Part shown: positions 55,928 to 64,000 of the stretch, in pieces
Layout: every line of letters begins with the position of its first letter
Numbering within the stretch: the first letter of the stretch is position 1
Source: an uncultured Gammaproteobacteria bacterium
GTDB taxonomy: Bacteria > Patescibacteriota > Microgenomatia > UBA8517
NCBI GenBank assembly: GCA_964599625.1
Contig: CAZRGC010000001.1
Coordinates: 244,959-308,958, forward strand
Direction of reading: 5' to 3'
DNA: 64,000 bases
The notes under the pieces: model-generated
Told to the model about the DNA's origin: nothing
Database searches by the model: none
Seen by the model: only the letters and a program-made list of their open reading frames with translations
Position numbers and translations under genes: made by a program

Positions 55928-56862
55928 TGAAAAATATTTACGAAGTACAATCTGCAAATAAAACAAAAAGTGCTTTGATAGTGGCGTTCTTTTTGGTTTT
56001 TGTATTTTTGGCAACTTACGTAATCACAAAAGCATTTGGATATTACATGGGTTACGAGCCGGGCGGTTTAGGTTATTTTGGAATGGCTTTTATAATTTCC
56101 GGAATTTCCAGTTTTGTAAGTTATTACTATTCCGACAAAATTGTGTTGGGGATTTCAGGTGCCCGCCCGGCAAATAAAGCTGAGGATAAAATTTTCTCGC
56201 AAGTTGTGGAGAATTTGTGTATTGGGGCAGGAATCCCAAAACCCAAACTTTATGTGATTGAAGATACTGCCATGAATGCATTTGCAACAGGGCGTGACCC
56301 CGAACACGGAGTAGTTTGTGCAACCACGGGAATTTTGGGCACTTTAAATAGAACCGAGCTGGAAGGTGTTATGGCGCATGAGTTGAGCCATATCAGAAAC
56401 TATGACACACGTCTAATGTCCGTTGTCTCTGTAATGGTAGGACTTATTGCACTTTTGGCTGACTGGTTTATGCGCAGTATGTGGTGGGGAGGAGGAAGAC
56501 GCGACAGAGACGACGACAAAGGAAATATCGGTGCAATAATAATGGTGGTGGGTATAATTTTTGCAATCATCTCGCCAATCATTGGACAGCTTATACAGTT
56601 AGCAATATCAAGAAGGCGTGAGTTTATGGCAGACGGCGGGTCGGTGGAACTAACCAGGCAGCCACAGGGACTTATTTCTGCACTTCAAAAAATTTCCGCG
56701 GATAGGGAGCCCTTGGAAGCAGCCAACAAAGCCACAGCACACCTATACATAATGAATCCGTTCAAAGAGAAGTCTCACGGGACAGTTGGCTGGTTTTCGG
56801 GCCTTTTTAACACACATCCACCGGTGGCCGAACGCATCAAGGCACTACAAAATATGCTTTGA
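55927..56862 (+). CDS. htpX: Zinc metalloprotease HtpX (M48)
   Basis: HELSHIRNYD HExxH in an M48 membrane-protease context. N-terminal TM helices. Confidence 0.85.
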   Translation: MKNIYEVQSANKTKSALIVAFFLVFVFLATYVITKAFGYYMGYEPGGLGYFGMAFIISGISSFVSYYYSDKIVLGISGARPANKAEDKIFSQVVENLCIGAGIPKPKLYVIEDTAMNAFATGRDPEHGVVCATTGILGTLNRTELEGVMAHELSHIRNYDTRLMSVVSVMVGLIALLADWFMRSMWWGGGRRDRDDDKGNIGAIIMVVGIIFAIISPIIGQLIQLAISRRREFMADGGSVELTRQPQGLISALQKISADREPLEAANKATAHLYIMNPFKEKSHGTVGWFSGLFNTHPPVAERIKALQNML

Positions 56863-56874
56863 GTAAAGTATGAT

Positions 56875-57192
56875 ATGGGCATGGCAAAGCTAACCAAGCA
56901 GGATGTTTTGCATGTTGCAAACCTGGCTAATCTAAAACTTACAGAAGAAGAAATTTCAATATTTTTTTCTCAGCTTTCTTCCGTTGTTGAATTTGTGAGT
57001 CAGCTTAACGAAGTTGACACTGAAGGCATCGAGCCTACAAGCCAAACCACAGGGCTTGAAAATGTATTGAGAGAAGATTCACCCGATTCAGAAATATGTT
57101 TTTCTCAAGACGCGGCACTTAGTGGAACCGATTCTGTTTATAACGGACTTTTCAAGGTAAAGGCTATTCTTTCGGAAAGGAGTACAAAATAA
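56875..57192 (+). CDS. gatC: Asp-tRNA(Asn)/Glu-tRNA(Gln) amidotransferase subunit C
   Basis: Small protein LTKQDVLHVANLANLKL...VDTEGIEP typical of GatC, directly preceding gatA. Confidence 0.8.
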   Translation: MGMAKLTKQDVLHVANLANLKLTEEEISIFFSQLSSVVEFVSQLNEVDTEGIEPTSQTTGLENVLREDSPDSEICFSQDAALSGTDSVYNGLFKVKAILSERSTK

Positions 57193-57193
57193 T

Positions 57194-58591
57194 ATGAAGC
57201 TCCCGCTTACAATTAAAGAAACACAGGGCGGCCTTGTAAATAAAGATTTTTCTGCTGTGGAACTTGTTGACGGTTATCTTTCGCAAATAGAAAAATACAA
57301 CAAAGAATACAATGTGTTTTTGACAATAACCGATGAAGAGGCTTACAAAAAAGCTAAGGTTGTAGACGCTACACTGGCAAACGACCCCAAAGCTTTGGAA
57401 AATTTTCCGCTTTTGGGAGTAACTGTTTCCTACAAAGACATTTTTTCCACAAAAGGAATGCGCACAACCGCCTCTTCCAAAGTATTAGAAAGTTATGTTC
57501 CGCAGTATTCGGCAACAGCGGTGAAAAGGATGGAAAACGCTGGGACAATAATGATTGGAAAAACCAACTGTGACGCATGGGCCCATGGCGCGAGCGGCGA
57601 AAATAGTGACTTTGGAGTAACACTGAATCCTTGGAATAAAGAATATGTTCCCGGGGGCAGTAGTAGTGGTAGTGCGGCTTCGGTAAGTGCAAACATGTCT
57701 TTGGTTTCTTTGGGTACGGACACGGGTGGCTCTGTAAGGCAGCCGGCAAATTTTACATACACTGTGGGGCTTAAACCCACGTACGGAGCTATTCCCCGTT
57801 TTGGTGTTATTTCTATGGCATCGTCTTTGGACACAGTTGGTTCGTTTGCACACTCGGTTTCCGATATAGAAAAAATATTTGATGTGTTGAAAGGCGAAGA
57901 CGGTTTTGATGCGGTTGTAAAAAATACGGAATATAAAGAACCCAAGCCCAAATACAAAATTGGAATTGCAAAAGAATATTTTGGTGAAGGTATCAATAAA
58001 GAAGTAGGGGATGAAATCGAGAAAGTTAAAAAGGTTTATGAGTCAGTGGGTGCAGAATTTGTGGAAGTATCCCTTCCGCATACAAAATATGCTGTGCCTG
58101 TTTATTATATTGTTCAACCCGCCGAGGTTTCTTCGAATTTAGGGAGATTTGACGGAATAAGGTATGGAAACGGTAGGGAAAGTTTTGGACAGGAAGCTAA
58201 AAGAAGGATAATGCTTGGGACATACGTTCTGTCTTCGGGGTATTATGATGCCTACTATCTTAAAGCACAAAAAGTCAGGTCAAAACTTATTCAAGACTTT
58301 GATAATGCTTTCGATAAAGTGGATGCAATACTTTCCCCCGTCTCTCCAACCCCGCCATTCAAAATTGGAGAAAACGCGAGTGATCCACTGGCCATGTATT
58401 TGGCCGATGTTTATACCTGCGCCATAAATCTGGCAGGAATTCCCTCGTTGGCAATTCCCTCGGGTTTTACCAAAAATAAGCTTCCTTTAGGTTTTCAGCT
58501 TATCGGTCCAAGATTTTCGGAGCCTGTACTTTTTGACTTGGGTAAAGCTTTTGAAACAGAAACAGATTACAAACCGCAAGCCGCCTTATGA
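57194..58591 (+). CDS. gatA: Glu-tRNA(Gln) amidotransferase subunit A (amidase signature)
   Basis: Amidase signature GGSSSGSAASV...GTDTGGSVRQPA. Confidence 0.9.
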   Translation: MKLPLTIKETQGGLVNKDFSAVELVDGYLSQIEKYNKEYNVFLTITDEEAYKKAKVVDATLANDPKALENFPLLGVTVSYKDIFSTKGMRTTASSKVLESYVPQYSATAVKRMENAGTIMIGKTNCDAWAHGASGENSDFGVTLNPWNKEYVPGGSSSGSAASVSANMSLVSLGTDTGGSVRQPANFTYTVGLKPTYGAIPRFGVISMASSLDTVGSFAHSVSDIEKIFDVLKGEDGFDAVVKNTEYKEPKPKYKIGIAKEYFGEGINKEVGDEIEKVKKVYESVGAEFVEVSLPHTKYAVPVYYIVQPAEVSSNLGRFDGIRYGNGRESFGQEAKRRIMLGTYVLSSGYYDAYYLKAQKVRSKLIQDFDNAFDKVDAILSPVSPTPPFKIGENASDPLAMYLADVYTCAINLAGIPSLAIPSGFTKNKLPLGFQLIGPRFSEPVLFDLGKAFETETDYKPQAAL

Positions 58592-59853
58592 CGATCACCG
58601 GAGAATATACAAAATTATTTAAGAAAACAAAGTTTGGATATTTGTGGGGTTCACAAATTCTTTCGCAAGTGACTATCCACATAATGAACTTCCTGCTTCT
58701 TGCCAAGCTTTATGAAACAACCGGATCTTCGATTGCCACTGCGCTTTTGTGGGTGGCTTATTCTTTGCCTGCTTTATTTTTTGGCCCGATCGGAGCCGCG
58801 GTTGTTGACATAGTGTCCAGAAGAAAACTTCTGATGTATACAAATATTTTACAAGCGGCTGCAGTGTTTCTTTTTGTATTGGTTCATTCCCAAAATATAT
58901 TTATCCTTTATGCGTTGGTATTGATATATTCACTTTTTAATCAGTTTTATGTTCCAGCAGAAGCTTCATACCTTCCGTCTGCCGTGAATAAAGACGACCT
59001 TCCTCAGGCAAACAGTTTGTTTTTTATTAGCCAGCAAGGCTCTTTGATTTTGGGTTTTGGGCTCGCAGGAATAATACAAAAGTTGGTCGGCTTTGAGGGT
59101 GCGATGATTTTGTGCGGTGTCTTGTTGTTCTTTGCTTTTGTGTGCACCTACTTACTGCCGGAGGTGAAACCACAGACTGAGCTTCCAGAAAAAATTGAGA
59201 AGGCGCTCAAACAGTTTTTTGACAGCATATTCGAAGGATACGATTTTATAAAGGCAAACAAGTTGGTTCTTTACCCGCTCGCTCTTCTTTTGGGTATTCA
59301 AACCGCCTTGAATATAATTGTTGTGAGTTTGCCTGTGATAGCGGTGCAGATTTTGGGGATTTCAGTTAACTATTCAGGTCTTTCTATAGTGGTGCCGGCG
59401 GGAATCGGTGCGATGTTGGGATCGGTTGCAATACCGAGGTTGTTGTCAAAACAAAAGCGAAAGAAAAAAGTTATTGAAAGCTCTTTGTTGTTTATTGCGG
59501 TAGCTTTTTTGTCTATGACTTTGGGGATACCACTGCTCCCGGTTTATATGAGAGTTATTGTTACACCGCTTTTGATAATGCTTGTGGGTTTTGGGTTTGT
59601 GGGTGTAAATATTCCCACACTCACTTTTTTGCAGTCAGTGACTCCCACATGGCTTTTGGGTAGAGTTATGGGGAACATGTTTTTCTTTTTAACAATAATT
59701 TCTTTGTTCCCTGTGCTTTTTTCGGGAACAATTACAGAAATATTTGGAATAAGGACTCTTCTGACTATAATCGGAATTGGGGCCTTTGCTGTTTATATGT
59801 TTTCCAAAAGAAACGGTACAGCTTTTATCAGGGAGGAAATGAAAAATGTCTAA
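58588..59853 (+). CDS. MFS transporter inserted between gatA and gatB
   Basis: Twelve TM helices. Overlaps both neighbours. Confidence 0.7.
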   Translation: MTITGEYTKLFKKTKFGYLWGSQILSQVTIHIMNFLLLAKLYETTGSSIATALLWVAYSLPALFFGPIGAAVVDIVSRRKLLMYTNILQAAAVFLFVLVHSQNIFILYALVLIYSLFNQFYVPAEASYLPSAVNKDDLPQANSLFFISQQGSLILGFGLAGIIQKLVGFEGAMILCGVLLFFAFVCTYLLPEVKPQTELPEKIEKALKQFFDSIFEGYDFIKANKLVLYPLALLLGIQTALNIIVVSLPVIAVQILGISVNYSGLSIVVPAGIGAMLGSVAIPRLLSKQKRKKKVIESSLLFIAVAFLSMTLGIPLLPVYMRVIVTPLLIMLVGFGFVGVNIPTLTFLQSVTPTWLLGRVMGNMFFFLTIISLFPVLFSGTITEIFGIRTLLTIIGIGAFAVYMFSKRNGTAFIREEMKNV

Positions 59854-61153
59854 CAAATTTACACCCATAATCGGATTGGAAATACACATTGAGCCGAACA
59901 CAAAAAGTAAAATGTTCTGCAGATGTCCTCAGGATCATTTTGGCAAAAAACCAAATACTCAGACATGTCCTATTTGTTTGGGTCTTCCGGGTGCACTTCC
60001 GTTTGCAAACAAAGAAGCCATAAGAAAAACTATAAAGTTGGGTTTGGCGTTGGGGGCTTCGATAAGCAAGTTTTCAAAGTTTTACAGGAAGAACTATTTT
60101 TATCCGGACTTACCCAAAGCTTTTCAGACTTCACAGCTTGATTCCCCGCTTTGTGTGGGGGGTGAGCTTTTGGGGAAACATATAAACCATATTCATTTGG
60201 AAGAAGATGCAGGCAAACTTATGCATGAGAATTTGGATGGGGAAAAAGTTTCTTTGGTTGATTTCAACCGTAGCGGATGTGCACTTATCGAAATTGTAAC
60301 AGAACCGGACTTTCACGACACAGAAAGTGTAACCGCTTTTGTAAAAGAAATGCAGCTTATTGCCAAATACTTAGATGTGAGCGGTGCGGATATGGAAAAG
60401 GGTTCGATGAGATTGGAAGCAAACGTTTCTTTGAGTCCGGATGGCAACCTTCCCGACTACAAAGTTGAACTTAAAAACATAAACTCGTTTAAGTTTCTTG
60501 GCAAGGCAATTTCTGCAGAACTGACAAGACAGGAAAATGCACTTTTGAATGGAGAAAAACTTGTTCAGGAGACACGTGGTTATGACGAAATTAAACAAAC
60601 AACTTTTTCCCAGAGAACCAAGGCAGACGCTCATGATTACAGATATTTCCCCGAAGCCGACTTGCCCCCTATGCGTTTTAACGATGCCGAGATTGAACAA
60701 ATAAAAGATCAGATCACAGAACTTCCATCGGACAGAAGATCTAGATTTACCAACCTCTACAGGATATCCAAGGATTTCGCAGACATTCTTGTGTCTGACC
60801 CAGTACGTGCAGAATATTTTGAAGAAGCGGTCAAAGTAGGGGCAAAAGAAAATTTGGATCCTAAATCTATTGCTGACTTTATGATAAATAAAAAGTTGGA
60901 CTCAGAATTTCCTGAGCCCGCAGGCCTGGTTAAAAAAGTTTATGAACTTGGAAAAGTTGAGTATGCAAATCAGGAAGATACACTTTCTGCAGTGAGGGCT
61001 GTAGTTGTCGAAAATTCTAAGGCAGTAACCGACTATCAAAACGGCAATGGAAATGTGATAGGATTTTTGATTGGTATGGTGCAGAAGAAACTTGGAGGTA
61101 AGGGAAATGTAAACGTAGTACGTGAAGGGCTTTTAAAAGAACTGCAAAAATGA
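59846..61153 (+). CDS. gatB: Asp-tRNA(Asn)/Glu-tRNA(Gln) amidotransferase subunit B
   Basis: N-terminal PIIGLEIHIEPNTKSKMFCRCP and C-terminal GatB/YqeY region. Confidence 0.9.
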   Translation: MSNKFTPIIGLEIHIEPNTKSKMFCRCPQDHFGKKPNTQTCPICLGLPGALPFANKEAIRKTIKLGLALGASISKFSKFYRKNYFYPDLPKAFQTSQLDSPLCVGGELLGKHINHIHLEEDAGKLMHENLDGEKVSLVDFNRSGCALIEIVTEPDFHDTESVTAFVKEMQLIAKYLDVSGADMEKGSMRLEANVSLSPDGNLPDYKVELKNINSFKFLGKAISAELTRQENALLNGEKLVQETRGYDEIKQTTFSQRTKADAHDYRYFPEADLPPMRFNDAEIEQIKDQITELPSDRRSRFTNLYRISKDFADILVSDPVRAEYFEEAVKVGAKENLDPKSIADFMINKKLDSEFPEPAGLVKKVYELGKVEYANQEDTLSAVRAVVVENSKAVTDYQNGNGNVIGFLIGMVQKKLGGKGNVNVVREGLLKELQK

Positions 61154-61836
61154 GTGACAAAAAAGAGGTATCAAATCTAACTCTAATAGCTGCCAGAAAA
61201 GCAAACAACGAATTGGGCAAAGTCCTGGGGGAAGATGGGAAACCATTATTAGGAAGTGAAGCAGGAGTAAAAATTCTGAACAAATACGAAGAGTCTGAAG
61301 TAAATAGAGATAATTCTCACAAAGATCCGCTCACGGAACTTCTCAATAGACGAGGTGTTAAGGAGGAATCAGAACGTGTGTTGGGTATATTGCGACGTGA
61401 GAAAGATTATAGAGGTTTCACCGTTATCGTTGCTGACATGATCGGGCTTAAAAAAATAAACCAAGATCTTGGAGAAATTGGTGCAGATCGAATTTTGATT
61501 CAGTCTTCTCAAGCTTTAAAATCTAGCGCAACAAGAGCAACTGATTTGGTTTCCAGATGGGGAGGGGATGAGTTTGTGTTAATTCTTTTTAACCAGGATC
61601 CTGATAGCGTTGCAAACGTTTGCGATAGAGTTGTATCTACACAACCTTTTGTAGATTTTACAGACAAAAAAGTTCAGTTCAATGTTGGATACAAGACATT
61701 TGGTCCCGAAATCACTGACGTATACAGCGCGGTGGAGCATTGTGTTAACTTAATTGATGATGTTAAAGCCACCAGACCCAAAGATGATACGGGAAGAGTT
61801 GTTGGTGATGGTGTTATAGTCAAATTAGATGAGTAA
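61150..61836 (+). CDS. GGDEF-domain protein (putative diguanylate cyclase) without obvious sensor domain
   Basis: RWGGDEFVLIL with upstream RRGVKEE...FTVIVADMIGLKKIN. Confidence 0.75.
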   Translation: MSDKKEVSNLTLIAARKANNELGKVLGEDGKPLLGSEAGVKILNKYEESEVNRDNSHKDPLTELLNRRGVKEESERVLGILRREKDYRGFTVIVADMIGLKKINQDLGEIGADRILIQSSQALKSSATRATDLVSRWGGDEFVLILFNQDPDSVANVCDRVVSTQPFVDFTDKKVQFNVGYKTFGPEITDVYSAVEHCVNLIDDVKATRPKDDTGRVVGDGVIVKLDE

Positions 61837-64000
61837 ATTTGTCCACCTGCATTGTCATACAGAGTATTCCCTTTTGGATGGCCTAAGCAATATCAAAAAA
61901 CTTATTGGTTACGCCAAAGAGCAGGGGATGGACTCGATTGCCATAACAGATCATGGCGTAATGTACGGTGAGATTGAATTTTATAAACAAGCCCAAAAAC
62001 AGGGTATAAAACCAATCTTGGGAATGGAAGGCTATATTGTGCCTGGAGATTTAAAGGAAAGAGCGGAAAAAGGCAGAGGGAAAAACTATCACCTTCTGCT
62101 TTTAGCCAAAGATTTGGAGGGTTATAAAAATTTAATGAAGCTTTCTTCAATTGCGCATTTGGATGGATATTATTACAGACCAAGATTTGATCGGGAAACA
62201 CTTAAAAAATACTCAAAAGGGTTGATTGCAACGTCTACTTGTCCTCAGGGGGAGATTGGGCAAGCTTTATTAAATGACGACTATAAGGAAGCAAAAAAAA
62301 TAACCGAGTGGTATTTGGATGTTTTTAAAGACGACTACTACATGGAGATTCAAAGGCATGAATACAATAAATGGACAGACAAAGCGCCTACAGACGAAAT
62401 ACGTAATAACTTGATTGAGCTTTTGAGTAGCGAAAATAAATGGAATGACGGAATAATCAAACTGAGCAGGGATCTTGGTATTCCTCTTGTTGCTACCAAT
62501 GACGCACACTATATAAAACAGGAAGACGCATTTGCTCAGGACGTTTTGGTTTGTATTGCGACCGGGAAAAACGTCACCGACACAAAAAGATTGAGATATA
62601 TCGATGCACAGACATTTGACGTTAAAACCCCCGATTCTATGGAAGCGCTTTTTGCAGATCATCCAGATGCAATATCAAATACTGTAAAAGTTGCAGAAAA
62701 GTGCAATGTAGAAATTGAGCTAGGTAAGTGGTTTTTCCCAATATATCCGTTAGAAAAAGATCAGACTGCAGACCAAGTCCTCAGGGATCTTGCACACGAA
62801 AAGTTGACCGAGAAATTTCCTAACGCAACCGACGAAATGAAAAGCCGTATTGATTATGAGTTGGATATTATTTGCACAAAAGGTTACGCGCCTTACTTTT
62901 TGATAGTTAGGGCATTGGTCAATTGGGCCAATAGCGCCGGAATTATTACCAACACAAGGGGCTCGGCCGCGGGTAGTTTTGTATCATTTTGTTTGGGAAT
63001 TACAACTGTAGATCCTATTAAATATTATCTTCCTTTTGAGCGTTTTCTTAACCCGTTTAGGCCTAGTCCTCCCGATATTGATTTTGATGTTTCCGATATA
63101 AAGCGTGATCAAGTTATCAAATACATGGCAGATACATATGGCCATGATAAAGTGGCCCAAATTTGTACTTTTGGAAGGATGTTAAGTAGGGCAGCCGTAC
63201 GTGACGTTGCCCGCGTATTGGGTTATTCCTATTCAATTGGGGACAGGATTGCCAAAATGATTCCACCGCCTAAACAGGGATTTCCCATAACCATACCCAA
63301 AGCTTTGGCAGAAGTCCCCGACCTCAAAAAAGCCTACGACGAAGACTCTGACACCAAAAAGATTATGGATTTGGCAATTCAGTTAGAAGGAAGTGCGAGG
63401 CATATTTCGGTTCACGCCGCGGGTGTTGTTGTTGCCCCAACAGATATTACAGATTTTAGCCCGGTACAAAGGGAGCCTTCAGGGGAAAAAATAATTACAC
63501 AGTACGAAATGCATGCCAGTGAAGATGTTGGGCTTATCAAATTTGATATCTTGGGTATAAGAAACCTTTCTATTCTCGGACGTGCAGTGGAGATTGTTGA
63601 GGGGATTCGTGGGACCAAGGTAGATCTTAGAAAAATTCCTTTGGATGACGGTAAGACTTTTGAAATGCTTGCTAGGGGTGAGACGATGGGAGTTTTTCAG
63701 ATGGCGGGTGGGGGAATGACAAAGCATCTAAAGGATTTGAAGCCGACCAGAATAGAAGATCTGATGGCTATGGTTGCACTTTACCGACCTGGTCCGATGT
63801 CGCAAATACCAGAATATATAAAAAGGAAAAGAGATCCGGGATTGGTTAAATATCTCGACCCCCGAATGGAAAAGTTTTTGGGGGCTTCGTATGGCTTAAT
63901 TGTTTATCAGGACGACCTTTTGTTCTGCGCCCTAGACTTGGCAGGATACACTTGGGAAGAAGCAGACAAATTCAGAAAAGCTGTTGGTAAAAAAATTCCG
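61829..64000 (+). CDS. dnaE: DNA polymerase III alpha subunit (3' partial, continues beyond window)
   Basis: Hand translation from the ATG at 61829 gives MSKFVHLHCHTEYSLLDGLSNIKKLIGYAKEQGMDSIAITDHGVMYGEIEFYK (PHP domain) in a frame open to the window end. Not in the ORF track because no stop falls within the window. Confidence 0.85.
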   Translation, partial: MSKFVHLHCHTEYSLLDGLSNIKKLIGYAKEQGMDSIAITDHGVMYGEIEFYKQAQKQGIKPILGMEGYIVPGDLKERAEKGRGKNYHLLLLAKDLEGYKNLMKLSSIAHLDGYYYRPRFDRETLKKYSKGLIATSTCPQGEIGQALLNDDYKEAKKITEWYLDVFKDDYYMEIQRHEYNKWTDKAPTDEIRNNLIELLSSENKWNDGIIKLSRDLGIPLVATNDAHYIKQEDAFAQDVLVCIATGKNVTDTKRLRYIDAQTFDVKTPDSMEALFADHPDAISNTVKVAEKCNVEIELGKWFFPIYPLEKDQTADQVLRDLAHEKLTEKFPNATDEMKSRIDYELDIICTKGYAPYFLIVRALVNWANSAGIITNTRGSAAGSFVSFCLGITTVDPIKYYLPFERFLNPFRPSPPDIDFDVSDIKRDQVIKYMADTYGHDKVAQICTFGRMLSRAAVRDVARVLGYSYSIGDRIAKMIPPPKQGFPITIPKALAEVPDLKKAYDEDSDTKKIMDLAIQLEGSARHISVHAAGVVVAPTDITDFSPVQREPSGEKIITQYEMHASEDVGLIKFDILGIRNLSILGRAVEIVEGIRGTKVDLRKIPLDDGKTFEMLARGETMGVFQMAGGGMTKHLKDLKPTRIEDLMAMVALYRPGPMSQIPEYIKRKRDPGLVKYLDPRMEKFLGASYGLIVYQDDLLFCALDLAGYTWEEADKFRKAVGKKIP

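Overview
This 64 kb window is low-GC bacterial DNA (roughly 33-40% GC in housekeeping genes) with the look of a small-genome uncultivated lineage, possibly Patescibacteria/CPR. It has compact genes, no strong Shine-Dalgarno sites at many starts, gatCAB, a giant surface protein and an intron-containing tRNA. The lineage assignment is an inference.

**Core genes.**
- parB (5' partial) and signal peptidase I lie at the left end.
- tRNA-Val, tRNA-Thr, tRNA-Gly and an intron-containing tRNA-Asp are present.
- The right end carries tRNA-dihydrouridine synthase, PolX, LemA, HtpX, gatC/gatA/gatB interleaved with an MFS transporter, a GGDEF protein, and the 5' part of dnaE running off the window.
- A cell-envelope glycan cluster spans 12.6-23.1 kb: a methyltransferase, GT4, GT2, a Wzx-like flippase, a CapD/PseB dehydratase, an RmlD-like reductase, a GT2 fused to a multi-TM domain, and a Wzy/O-antigen-ligase-like protein.

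**Accessory content.** The window is rich in accessory-looking genes.
- A 1707-aa membrane-anchored alpha-2-macroglobulin homologue keeps the CxEQ thioester. Its bait-region position is occupied by a complete Hint (mini-intein/BIL-like) domain that ends HN-Gln, so canonical splicing is not expected.
- A tRNA-Asp(GUC) gene is split in the anticodon loop by a 217-nt group I intron. The gene is flanked by a GIY-YIG gene on one side and by tandem 31-nt repeats that mimic the tRNA 5' end on the other.
- Two GHKL-type ATPase proteins sit in an island bounded by tRNA genes:
  - a 588-aa HTH-GHKL protein behind a TTGACA promoter, followed by a sigma-region-4/winged-helix protein;
  - a 1370-aa protein with two degenerate GHKL modules and a C-terminal HExxH motif, convergent with a SAM methyltransferase.
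- An XRE-HTH-ImmA/IrrE peptidase plus DUF4411 (PIN-like) pair lies next to tRNA-Gly.
- A GNAT-HDAC pair and a Macro-domain protein are present.
- Three tandem paralogous small secreted proteins carry a duplicated gene-tail/terminator relic.
- A GC-richer operon (46.4-49.5 kb) encodes nine small, mostly membrane/secreted proteins with overlapping stop/start codons.

No CRISPR array, integrase or transposase was seen.
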